64,000 nt of DNA from Neocallimastix sp. 'constans' (lineage: Eukaryota), in contig JBODTK010000152.1 of assembly GCA_050613775.1 (NCBI GenBank), forward strand, positions 248,001 through 312,000, written 5' to 3'. The position numbers and the translations under genes are program-made. How positions within the stretch are numbered: position 1 is the first letter of the stretch; the number at the start of each line of letters is the position of its first letter. The notes beneath the pieces were generated by a model. That model worked only from the letters and a program-made list of their open reading frames with translations. It searched no databases and was not told the origin of the DNA. Shown here piece after piece: positions 28,561-40,007 of the stretch.

Positions 28561-30518
28561 AAATAATACATTTAAATATTATAAATTATTAATGAATAAT
28601 TAAATAAATAAATAAAATAATAAATAAATAAATTGAATAATAAATGAATAAATAGAATAATGAATAAGTAAATAATATTATAATACTAAAAATAATAAAT
28701 ATAATAGAAATATAATAAATATAAAAATTAAAAGTATTAATTATATTGAATTATTTATATATAAAATAGATATATATAAATAATACTAATAATAGAATTA
28801 AATTATATTTATTTAATTATTCATAAACTTTGAAAATTTAAAAATATATTTTTATAATATATAAATAAATAAAAATTTATAAAAATAAAAAAATCTCAAT
28901 ATATATATATATATATAAAACAATAAATAAATAAAAATAGGAATTTAATGGATATATTCTACAATTATTCTACAAAAAAAATATTAAGCGTCTAATTTTT
29001 ATATAAAAATAGGTACAATTATTTCTTATTTTTATAATCATTTTATTCATCATTATATTTATCTATTTAAAGAAATAATTATTAAATAGAAAAAGTACTT
29101 TTTTATTTATTATATTTATACATGATACTATTATATTTTATTATTAATTATATTTATTTATTATTTAATTACTATATATTTTTTTATTTATTATTTATTT
29201 ATTATTATTTATTATTTATTTATTTTTTTTTGTTTATAAATAATAATAATAATAATAATTAATAATTTTTAAATAATAAAATTGTGTGAATGTATATTAA
29301 TAAGTCAATATAAATAAAAATAATAATAAAAACAATAATTATAGTAATTATAAATTTATGAATGTTATAAATAAAATTTATTATTTATTTATTAATTAAA
29401 TAAAAATAAATATACTTATGAATACGTTAATTCAATTAATTATATTTATTATTTATTTAATAATATAAGGTTTATTTATTTAATTGACAATAAATATACT
29501 TTATTATATGTCTTATTATATAAATTAAATCTATTAAATTTATTTAATTATATATGGTTTATTTATTTAATTATGACAAATTTTTAATACATATATTAAT
29601 TTATTTCATTTATTTAGTTTCATATTTTATATTTATTTAGTTAATTAATTTTAATTTTTATTTTATTTATTTTCTATTTATTATTTATTAATTATTAATT
29701 ATTTATTTATTACTAATTTATTATATATTTATTTATTTTTATATATTATACGTTTATTTAATTATTTTGTATTAATATTATCTATTATATTTATTTATTA
29801 ATTATGACTTATATTTATTTATTAATATATATTGATATTTATTTATTTATTTATATTTATAAAATTATTTAAATTAAATTAATTTATTTTTTTATTCATT
29901 AATTAAATTATTTATTTATTTATTTGTCAATTTATTACTAAATTATTATGGATTGTTATAAAATAAATAAAAAAAAAATAATATAAAAATTATAAATCTT
30001 CTATTAGAAAAAAAAAAAAAAAACTTAAAATATAACAAACAACAATAATAAAAAAAAATAAAAATAAAAAAAATAAATTGTTGTGAAAATATTAGATAAT
30101 AAAAAAAAAAAAATAGATATTTATTAATATTTTTAATTTATGTTTTGTTTTTTTTTTTTCAAGAAAATTCAAATTTTATTATCTCTTTTGACTAATTCAT
30201 AATAATATATTAAAGATAGTATCACATTTCAATTGATAATTTTATTATATTTTATAAAAATATATATAGATAATTAGATATTAAATTATATATTAGAGGA
30301 TATTATTTATAAACAAATTAGTATTTATTTTTAAAGAGATTAAAGGTATTTTTATTTTTCTTATCATTTTTTTTATTAAATATAATAGGTACAGAAATAT
30401 TAAAATATATTTTTTATAAAATAGAAAGATTTTCTATATATATGATATAAATATATTAAAAAAAGATATATTATTTAGTAATAAATAATAAGTAATAAAT
30501 TATAATTGAAATATTGAA

Positions 30519-30555
<37 letters not shown>

Positions 30556-30773
30556 TTTTTAATATTTAAGAAAAAAATAAATCTGAATAATATTATTATT
30601 TATAATCTAAGGGATAATTATTTGTACTTAATTGATAAATATATATATATATTAAAAGATATTAATACTATTTTATATTAATATATATTTTTCTTTTTTA
30701 TTTCATAAATTTTTAAATAACAAAAATAATATTAAAACAATATATATATAAAAAAGAAAATAATAAAAAGAAA

Positions 30774-32189
30774 ATGGCTGAAAATATAAATGTTAACAAC
30801 CCTAGCCAATATTTTGTTGGCGCATATGTTTATAAGAATGACGAATATGGTTTAGGTTCTGATATACCAAATCAAATTCAAGTTATTGAAAATTTTTGTA
30901 AAATGAAGAATCTTAATATTGTTGATTATTATATTGATAACAATAATGATGACAAGCTAGAAGTGTTAGAAAGAACAGGAATAAAAAGATTACTCAATGA
31001 CGTTAATACAGATAAATTAAATATGATTATTGTTAAGGATTTAGATTCCTTTAGCACGGACTACAAAAAGGTTAAGAAAATCATTCAAACTTTATTGGCC
31101 AACCCTAAAAACAAATTTATTGCTATTGAAAATGATATTGTCATTGGTAATAATTCCGAAAAAGAATTTAATGAAAAATTAAAGTCAAAAATTAACAGTA
31201 GACGTAAGTATAAAATGGGTGGTCGTCTTAAACCAAATGTTGTTTTAAAGAAAATTTACAGTGCTCCACATACCAATAATGTTATATGTAGACCACCTTT
31301 TGGTTATTTATTAAAGGCTAACACGAAAAATGAATTTATTATCGATAGACCTGCTGCTGATATTGTTGTTGAAATATTTGCTAAAATTATAGAAGGTTAT
31401 TCATATCAAAAAATTGCTAATAGTTTTAATGAAAGAGGTATATTAACTGTTTCACAGTATGCTGAAAAAATGGGAAGAAATCCAAGAAAAATAAGTACAC
31501 AATGGAACACCTCTACTATATACCAAATAGCTACCAATGAAATATATTTAGGTCATTTGGTTAAATCAAACTTTGGAAGACCAACCTATAAGTCAAAGCT
31601 TCAAAGAAAATCTGAAAAAGTTGTTTATTATAATGCACATGAACCAATCATTGATGAACAAACCTTTAAATTAGCTCAAAATATTACTCATGGAAGAACA
31701 AAGAGTTCTACTCAAAAGGCTGTTAATAGTAGAAGAGCTCCATTTGGTTATGATATTGATATAAATAATAATAATAAATTTGTTATTGATCCAGAAGCAG
31801 CAGCTGTTGTAAGAACCATTTTTAATAGAATTATCCAAGGATTCTTCTATTATCAAATAGCGGATGAATTTAATTCTACTGGTGTATTAACCATTTCTCA
31901 ATATGAAAGTAAAAAAGGAAAAAAGCAAAGAAAAATTAGTACAAAATGGAATACCTCTACTATATATAAATTAGTAAGAAATGAAGTTTATCTTGGACAC
32001 ATTGTAAAGATAAAGAAAGTAGTCGATGAGTTAGATGGTTCTGTCAAAAAAGAAAAAATTATTATTCGCAATACACATGAACCTATTATAACAGAAGAAG
32101 TTTTTAAATTAGTTCAAAAAATTATACGTAGTAAGCATGTTGCTAGTATTACTGATAGCGAAACTGATAAATCAGAAAATTCAATTTAA
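30774..32189 (+). CDS. large serine recombinase-derived protein, 471 aa: catalytically degenerate resolvase domain + 2 tandem recombinase (PF07508-like) domains
   Basis: N-terminal GAYVYKN...IPNQIQVIENFCK..NLNIVDYYID...ERTGIKRLLND...IIVKDLDSFST follows the resolvase pattern. Two copies of PFGY...IID..AA.(I/V)V..IF...G..Y..IA..FN..G.LT...WNTSTIY....NE.YLGH...HEPII.E..FKL.Q at ~31290-31680 and ~31734-32117. Confidence 0.88.
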   Translation: MAENINVNNPSQYFVGAYVYKNDEYGLGSDIPNQIQVIENFCKMKNLNIVDYYIDNNNDDKLEVLERTGIKRLLNDVNTDKLNMIIVKDLDSFSTDYKKVKKIIQTLLANPKNKFIAIENDIVIGNNSEKEFNEKLKSKINSRRKYKMGGRLKPNVVLKKIYSAPHTNNVICRPPFGYLLKANTKNEFIIDRPAADIVVEIFAKIIEGYSYQKIANSFNERGILTVSQYAEKMGRNPRKISTQWNTSTIYQIATNEIYLGHLVKSNFGRPTYKSKLQRKSEKVVYYNAHEPIIDEQTFKLAQNITHGRTKSSTQKAVNSRRAPFGYDIDINNNNKFVIDPEAAAVVRTIFNRIIQGFFYYQIADEFNSTGVLTISQYESKKGKKQRKISTKWNTSTIYKLVRNEVYLGHIVKIKKVVDELDGSVKKEKIIIRNTHEPIITEEVFKLVQKIIRSKHVASITDSETDKSENSI

Positions 32190-32851
32190 ATTATGATGAT
32201 TTTTATCATAATTAATATACAAATTTTACCTTTATATATATATTTTTTTTTTATATTTATTTATTCTTCCTAGTTTTATTATTAAAATCTTTTTTTATTA
32301 AAAATTTTCAAATTCATTTATTTGTTTTAATTCAATTTTCTTATTTCAATTTTTTTTTTTTTTTTTTTTTCAAAAAAAAAATTTATTTTTATAATATGAA
32401 TATATATAATAATTATGAATATAATTATTATTACTATTATTATAATTATTTTATTAAATAGAATCAAATTTATAATATTAAATTATCATTAGATAAAAAA
32501 AGATTAATAAATTTTTTTTCTGATATTTATAATAATAATATTTATATTTATTTCTGAATATTATTATTATGAATATTTATATTTATTTTTATTCTAATTA
32601 TTTAGTTTATTCATTTTTCTTTTTCTTTTTCTTTTTTAGTATTCCTTTATATATTAAGTATTAAAATTAAATTAATAATTTTTTAATATTATATGAAAAT
32701 ATTTGATAATAAGTATTTACGAAAAAAATTTTTACTAACCAAGGCAAATAAAATATATATATATATAGTATTAATTTAAAAGTAAGTTACAAGAAATTGT
32801 TATTTATAAAAGTAAAAAATAAATAAAAAAGTATATATATATCGAAAAATT

Positions 32852-32913
<62 letters not shown>

Positions 32914-33209
32914 TTAAAGTATTTTATTTATTGATATGGAAAATGCTATGAACTTAACTTTTTCTTCTTTATATTAATTATTAAAATTTATTTATAAAGT
33001 TTTATTTTTATTATATATTTCTTTAAATTTTTTTTTTAAGATTTATATGTATAATAAATTTTAAAATAAGGATAAATTAAAAATTAAGCTTTTTTTTCTC
33101 TTTTTTCTTTTTTTAATAAATTAAAATTTTCAATTAGGGTTAAAATTATTTTATTTATTTTATTTTTTTTAATTAAAAAATTTTAATATGTAATATTTAT
33201 TATTTATAA

Positions 33210-33352
33210 TTTATTATTTATTATTTATTATTTATTATTTATTATTTATTATTTATTATTTATTATTTATTATTTATTATTTATTATTTATTATTTATTA
33301 TTTATTATTTATTATTTATTATTTATTATTTATTATTTATTATTTATTATTT
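33210..33352. repeat. (TTTATTA)n heptanucleotide tract
   Basis: Directly visible between the two recombinase-derived genes. Confidence 0.85.
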
Positions 33353-34002
33353 ATAGTTCATTATTTATTATTTATTTTATTATTTATTATTTTTTTATCA
33401 ATTATTAGTTAATATTTAATATTTAATTAATTGATTATTATTTATTATATATTATTATATATTTATTATATATTATTATGTAGCATTTTTTTATTTTTAT
33501 AATAAAACTATTTTATATATAAATTTTATAATATATAATTTGTACAATTAATTTAAATAATTAGTTATTCAAATTGAAAATATTATAAAAATTTTTTTTG
33601 AAAGTTAATTATTGTGATAGCTAATTAAATAATTATTTTTAATTATTTTTAATAGAAAAATAATTTATTCATTGATAGTTATTCTAATTAACATTTAATT
33701 AGAATATTATTATTAATTATCAACAGTATATTATTATTTTGTCATTATTTGTCTTTTTTTTTTATGTACTTTCTTATTTCTATTTTATCAATTTTTTTTT
33801 TGACTGTAAATATACAAAGTTTGAAGATATTGTAAAGAATTATATTTAAATAAAATAAAGTAATTAATAATTAATTAATAATTACACAATAAATTAATGT
33901 ACTAATTATTAAATTTTTATTAAAATATAATTAAAATTTTTTTTATTATTATTATTATTTTTTTTTTTTTTATATTATATTATATTGTTTTTTCATATAA
34001 CT

Positions 34003-37000
34003 ATGTCTGATATTAAATACAATTTTTTTTTTCAAAATATTAATAGTTTAATTAGTAATAAAATTGGTATTTATATTTCTAATTTAAATAATTCAGGAAA
34101 GACATTAAAAGAAATTCAAGATATATTAGAAAATTTTTGTAAGGATAAAAATTTATGTATTAAACATGTTTATATTGACTATGAAGGAAAGTCCAAATTA
34201 AATTTACTTAAAAATGATTTAGCTAATAAAATTATAGATTTAGTAATTACTTATGATAATATTGCTTTAGGTAGTAATTATGAAGAAATTGAACATTTTA
34301 TTTATGATTCAATTTTAAATAATAATGCAAAATACATAGCAATTAATAATAAGTTTGAAATAAATAATAAGAATTTCAAATTTCAAATCCCTATTTTAAA
34401 AAAATTGTATAGTCATTATGAAATTGAAAATAAAAAACTAGTACAGAAAAAAATGGTTTTAACTCCACCATTTGGCTATATAAGAGATGAAAATAACCCG
34501 AGGCATTTTATTATGGAAATTGAATCTTATAATATTATTTTAAAAATATATGAAAGGATTTCAGATGGATGGTCATTACAACAAATAGTGGATTATTTAA
34601 ATTCAAAAAATGCCTTAACTGTAAATCAACATAAACTAAAATATAAAGGCGATTATGACATTAATAATATTTTAAATGATAATAGTTATTGGACTCCTTT
34701 AGATATCAAAAATATAATAAATGATAAACGATATATGAATAAAATTGATACAAATTTTGAAAGTTTTAATGGTGTTAAATATGAACCTATTATTAATGAA
34801 AAAAGTTTCCATTATGTACAGAAATCATTTCGATATATTGTTGATGATTATGAATGTTGGTTTAATAATTTAGAAACAACAGTTAATAAAACAATTCCTT
34901 ATGGATATAAAATAACTTCAGATGATCCACAAAGATTAGCTCTTGATAGTAATACTTCATTTGTTGTAAAGCATATTTTCTATAAAATAGTGGATGGTTA
35001 CACTTCTTATGAAATTGCTGAACATTTAAATAAGGCCGGTGTTCCATCTATATCACAATATAAATTATCTGTTGGTGCAAAAATTTCAAAACCATCTTAT
35101 AAATGGTCTAACAAAGATGTTTTATCCATAATAAATAATAAAATTTATACTTGTCAAAAAATTGATAATAGTTCATTTTCATTAAATGGATTAAACATTA
35201 GAATAATTGAACCATTAATAGATAAATCCCTATTTAGTATAGTTCAAATTATATTAAATAATAATAAAAATGATAAGTTTAAATATTATGAAAATTGTCA
35301 CATGGATAGTAATGAGTTTATCTATGGATATATAAAGGATCCATATAATCCAAATAATTTTATTTTAGATTATGAAGCAGCAAAAATAGTGAAATATATA
35401 TTTTATTCTAAAGTGAATGGTAGTACTGATAAAGAGATAATTGATAATTTGAATTTAAGAGGAATTCCTACAATATCAAAATATGAAAAAAATAATAATT
35501 TTTCATTTTCCTTTATAGATCATAAAAATTGGACTGAAAATGATATTAAATTAATTATTAATAATACTTTATATTTAGGGTCAAACTCAAAAATAAATCG
35601 CATTAATAGCAGTACTTCAATATTTAAAAATGTTGAACCATTAATTGATGAGGTAATTTTCAAAATTATTCATCCAGAATATCAAAATAACAAAGTATAC
35701 CCAATGCCTTCAAAAAATAATAATGATTATATATTAGATAAGTATTATATTCCTTTTGGTTATACAGTTGATTTTAAATCAATAAAAATATTAATTAAAG
35801 AAAAAAGAGAAGCGGGAATCATTAAAGATATTTTTAATTATAAAATTAAGGGTAAAACTTCACAACAAATCTCTGATTTATTGAATTCTTATCAGATATT
35901 TTTTACATATCGATATTTAATCAATACAGGTTTAAATTATAAGTTATGCGAAAAAAATTCATTATGGTTTGTAAGTATTGTAGATAATATTTTAACAAAT
36001 GAGATATATAAAGGTATATCATTAAAATCAGATGTAGATTATAATTTCTTTAAGAGTTCAGAAACTATTATTGATGATGTTATATTTGATAGAGTTATTA
36101 AGGAGATAGAAAGTGAATCTATAAAAGGCAAAGATAAATTTGAAAATAATAATAACCCACAAGTCAAAATTATTAATAAATTTAATAAACATAATACTTG
36201 TGATAAGGATAAGAATGATAATGGCATATTGGAAAAAATTAATTTTGATTTAGATAAGGAGATATCTCAATTGGAGGAAGATTTCCAGAAAATAAATTTT
36301 ATTGATAGTAAAGAAAAGTTAAGCGAGTATCATAAAATATTAAACGAAACAATTTATTCAAAAACAGAAATTAAAAATAAAAATGAAAGCTCACTGGAAA
36401 ATGGAAAAGATAATAGAACAGAATTTATTTCCAAAGAGAGAGGTGATAATAATGAAATAAATATCTTTAATTCAATAGAAAATGAAAAGAGTAATGGTAT
36501 TCAAAGTAATTATATGAATAGCATTGATAGCACAGAAATAAATATTTCTAATTCATATGAAACTTTAGTTAATGATAATTCCACCATTGATGAAATAAAT
36601 ATGCCTAAAATACATAATTTATATGAAATTTTAAGTGATGATAATTCTACTACTATTAATGAAATAAATACACCAAACATGACTAATTCATATGAAACAC
36701 TTTTTAATAATAATTCTACCATTAATGAAATAAATATATCTAATTTACCTAATTTAGATAAAATTTTAGTTAATAGCAATTCTACTATTAATAAAATGAA
36801 TGATGTTATTAATGATTCCAAAAGTGAAGAAATTATAAAATGGGATAGTATTAATGAAAATAAATCGAAGAACTTGGATAATTATAACAATTTAAATATT
36901 GTTATTGATAAAAATATTTCTCAAGATAAATTAAAAATTAATAGTATTTATCAATATCATTCAGATAAAAATAATATGGTTTCTTTATGTCATACATCAA

Positions 37001-38463
37001 ATATCATTAATAATTCAATTATTAATGACCAGGCAGGTAGAAATAATGTCATTAACAATAAAATATGCAATGAATATAATATAGATGATGATGAAAACAA
37101 TGTTAGGAATAATTTAATAAGTGATAATAATAATAATTCTGATAAATTTATAAAAGAAGAACAAATAATTACTGACAAGGAATTATTAAATAGTAATGAA
37201 GGTAGTTATGAAGATAATAAAGATTCTTATGATTTTTATAATCATATTAACCCACCACCATATGGATATAAGTATACTGATAATTATAGTAATAAACTAA
37301 GTGTTGATAAGGAGGCTGCTTCAATTGTTAAAGATATATTTCAAAAATCATTTCAAGGTTATTCTAAACAAAAAATTGTTGATTATTTAAATTCAAAAGA
37401 AGTATTATCTATATATCTATATCGTAAAAAAAAAGGTTTAGAAAAAAAATCCAGAGTAAGAGCCAAAAAATGGAATATTAGTTCTATTAACAACATTTTA
37501 TCAGATATTACATATATTGGTCATACAAAGATGGATAGTGCTCAAAATAACAATACTGTTGAATATAATACGCATGAAGCAATTATAAAAGAAAGCATTT
37601 TCAATATTGTTAATTCAACTAAATCCAGAAAATCAATAGCACCTTATGGTTATAAATATGATTTTAATGATCCTCAAAAGTTAGTAATTCAGGAGGAAAC
37701 GGCATCCATTGTTAGATTAATATTTCAATGGACTACTTTAGGTAAAACATTTATTCATATTGTTGAAAAATTAAATCTTAGAAAAGCAGTAACGTTAACA
37801 GAAGATAAAATTAGTAAAGGAGGAAATGTAGGCTCTTCAAAAAATCGTTGGAATGAAGCTCATATTTCAACAATTTTACATGACGAAACTTATATGGGTC
37901 ATACAGTAGGTGAAGAAATTACATATAACACACATGAGCCAATTATTAGTGAAGATAAATTTAATGAAGCACATTATATTTTAGAGAAACGTAAACGGGA
38001 TAACCGTATTGCTATGTGTAATAGTAATAAATATAAATTTTCAACACCATTACCTCCATATGGATATACCTATTTTAATAAAAGTTTAATTATTAATGAA
38101 GAATCAGCTAAAATTGTAAAAAAAATTTTTTCAGAAATAATTTCTGGTAAATCAATTAGATCTATTGCAAATCAGCTTAATGATAATAATGTTATGACAA
38201 TTGCTCAGTATCATTATCATTATTGTAATAAATATAATAAGAAATGGGATTGTTGGGGTTTGCCCACGATTAGAAGTATAGTGACAGATTTAACCTATCT
38301 TGGTCATACTACATTTTACAGAGAAAGAAAAATTAAAGCACCCTCATCATCATCTAAAAAAAATAAAAATGAGAAAATTTTATGCATTGGAAAACGAAAT
38401 ACACATAAAGCTATAATCGATGAAGAAACTTTCAAGTTAGCCCAATTATTTATAAAAAGATAA
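34003..38463 (+). CDS. large serine recombinase-derived protein, ~1486 aa: degenerate resolvase domain + 7 recombinase domains (4 + Asn-rich linker + 3)
   Basis: ATG at 34003 (MSDIKY). N-terminal IGIYIS...ENFCKDKNLCIKHVYID...DLVITYDNIALGSNY. Seven (P)xGY...W...I.N/D..Y...(H)EPII-type modules start at ~34462, 34894, 35320, 35749, 37252, 37639 and 38053. Uninterrupted 4.5-kb ORF. Confidence 0.88.
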   Translation: MSDIKYNFFFQNINSLISNKIGIYISNLNNSGKTLKEIQDILENFCKDKNLCIKHVYIDYEGKSKLNLLKNDLANKIIDLVITYDNIALGSNYEEIEHFIYDSILNNNAKYIAINNKFEINNKNFKFQIPILKKLYSHYEIENKKLVQKKMVLTPPFGYIRDENNPRHFIMEIESYNIILKIYERISDGWSLQQIVDYLNSKNALTVNQHKLKYKGDYDINNILNDNSYWTPLDIKNIINDKRYMNKIDTNFESFNGVKYEPIINEKSFHYVQKSFRYIVDDYECWFNNLETTVNKTIPYGYKITSDDPQRLALDSNTSFVVKHIFYKIVDGYTSYEIAEHLNKAGVPSISQYKLSVGAKISKPSYKWSNKDVLSIINNKIYTCQKIDNSSFSLNGLNIRIIEPLIDKSLFSIVQIILNNNKNDKFKYYENCHMDSNEFIYGYIKDPYNPNNFILDYEAAKIVKYIFYSKVNGSTDKEIIDNLNLRGIPTISKYEKNNNFSFSFIDHKNWTENDIKLIINNTLYLGSNSKINRINSSTSIFKNVEPLIDEVIFKIIHPEYQNNKVYPMPSKNNNDYILDKYYIPFGYTVDFKSIKILIKEKREAGIIKDIFNYKIKGKTSQQISDLLNSYQIFFTYRYLINTGLNYKLCEKNSLWFVSIVDNILTNEIYKGISLKSDVDYNFFKSSETIIDDVIFDRVIKEIESESIKGKDKFENNNNPQVKIINKFNKHNTCDKDKNDNGILEKINFDLDKEISQLEEDFQKINFIDSKEKLSEYHKILNETIYSKTEIKNKNESSLENGKDNRTEFISKERGDNNEINIFNSIENEKSNGIQSNYMNSIDSTEINISNSYETLVNDNSTIDEINMPKIHNLYEILSDDNSTTINEINTPNMTNSYETLFNNNSTINEINISNLPNLDKILVNSNSTINKMNDVINDSKSEEIIKWDSINENKSKNLDNYNNLNIVIDKNISQDKLKINSIYQYHSDKNNMVSLCHTSNIINNSIINDQAGRNNVINNKICNEYNIDDDENNVRNNLISDNNNNSDKFIKEEQIITDKELLNSNEGSYEDNKDSYDFYNHINPPPYGYKYTDNYSNKLSVDKEAASIVKDIFQKSFQGYSKQKIVDYLNSKEVLSIYLYRKKKGLEKKSRVRAKKWNISSINNILSDITYIGHTKMDSAQNNNTVEYNTHEAIIKESIFNIVNSTKSRKSIAPYGYKYDFNDPQKLVIQEETASIVRLIFQWTTLGKTFIHIVEKLNLRKAVTLTEDKISKGGNVGSSKNRWNEAHISTILHDETYMGHTVGEEITYNTHEPIISEDKFNEAHYILEKRKRDNRIAMCNSNKYKFSTPLPPYGYTYFNKSLIINEESAKIVKKIFSEIISGKSIRSIANQLNDNNVMTIAQYHYHYCNKYNKKWDCWGLPTIRSIVTDLTYLGHTTFYRERKIKAPSSSSKKNKNEKILCIGKRNTHKAIIDEETFKLAQLFIKR

Positions 38464-39074
38464 TGCCTTAAAATTAACTACATGTTTTAATTAATTAACA
38501 TTTAATATATTTTCAATTATTTGAAATTTAATAATATATTATATAGAATATTTTTAAATATAAAAAGCATCTTTCATTAAACAAAAATTTATCTAAATAT
38601 TATCAATTATAACATCTTTCATTAAATAAAATTTTATTTAAATGTTATTAATTATAACATCTCTCATTAAATTAAATTTTATTTGAATATTATCAAATAT
38701 TACATTTATGTCTAAACTTTTTTTTTTTTTTTTTTTTTAATATTTATTAAATACACTAAAAATATAAATTATATAAATAACATTTCATATTTTTATTTTA
38801 TTTTTTTATTTACTTTTTTTATCTTTTTTAATATACTATATACATGCTTTTTAATAAATTAATTTCTATTTTTTAAATACTTTACATAAAATTATTTTTA
38901 ATACTATAGTAATTGTATCTTTATATATATATAGATATATATATTTATTTTTGTTTTTGTTTTTTTGTTTTTGTTTTAATACTAATAAATATAATTAATT
39001 TATATTAGCTTATATAATAAACTTAGAATTCAAATTCTCATTTTTTTTTAACTATAAATTATTAAAAATTAAAT

Positions 39075-39641
39075 TTATTGAATTTGAATAATACGTTTTT
39101 GACTTTTTGGAGTTTCCATCTTTTTAAATAAAACTTCTAAAACACCATTTTCCATCTTGGCTTGAATATTATTAAGATCGGCATCTTCAGGAATACTAAA
39201 TGATCTTTCAAATTTACCATAACTACATTCCATCATATGGAACTTCTTATTTTTCTTATTCTTATTATCTTGTCCTTCCTTCTTTTCTCCTTCTTTTGCT
39301 TCTTCACCTTCTTTATTCTTTTCTTTGTCATCACTATCTTTGAAAGATTCTCTTTCTCCAGATATAGTGAATGTACGATCATCAGATATTTCCATCTTGA
39401 CTTGATCCTTTTTCATACCTGGTAAATCAGCATGAATATAATAATTGTTTTCATCTTCACTAAGATTTATTTTTGGAGAGAAATCAATTAATGAATTCTT
39501 TTCTAATGAACTCTTTGAATTATGACGACGATTATTGTAAAAAGCAGGTTGATAAAATGGAAAAGCTGGAATTAAAGGATGATTGAAGAATTCATCTTCA
39601 AAATCATTAAAGAATGGATCGCTATGATGATATAAAGACAT
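39075..39641 (-). CDS. small heat shock protein (HSP20/alpha-crystallin family), 188 aa
   Basis: FSPKINLSEDENNYYIHADLPGMKKDQV...TISGER...ECSYGKFERSFSIP...IQAKMENGVLEV. Confidence 0.95.
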   Translation of the reverse strand: MSLYHHSDPFFNDFEDEFFNHPLIPAFPFYQPAFYNNRRHNSKSSLEKNSLIDFSPKINLSEDENNYYIHADLPGMKKDQVKMEISDDRTFTISGERESFKDSDDKEKNKEGEEAKEGEKKEGQDNKNKKNKKFHMMECSYGKFERSFSIPEDADLNNIQAKMENGVLEVLFKKMETPKSQKRIIQIQ

Positions 39642-39889
39642 TTTTAATTTTGTAATAGTTCTTTTATTTTTATTTTATTTTTTAAAATATAAAGCGCTTT
39701 CTTTTTTTTTTTTTTTAAGTTTTTAATTAATATATATAAGTATCAAATATATAATAAAATTATGAAATTAAAATTTTTAGTAGAGAAAATATGAGGTATT
39801 TATATACAAATCAAATTTGAAAAAATATTAAATATTTTTCCAAATTTTTTTTCTTAGAAAAAAAAAAAAGATATAGTTATTAAAAAATT

Positions 39890-39923
<34 letters not shown>

Positions 39924-40007
39924 GGCATTTTTTGAATATATTTTTAATAATAATATGATATTATTACATTATTAATATTTTAATACATTTTTCTAAAATT
40001 TTCTACA

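Noticed and set aside
30774..38463. Active integrative element or prophage, or bacterial contamination
   Set aside because: Catalytic residues are absent and no att sites, terminal repeats or phage/ICE genes are visible. Intergenic DNA and the Asn-rich linker are host-like and contiguous with fungal genes.
38569..38705. Three imperfect ~48-bp repeats downstream of the 7-module gene as possible att or binding sites
   Set aside because: AT-rich local tandem duplication with no dyad symmetry; similar duplications are common in this window (e.g. 18195-18320).
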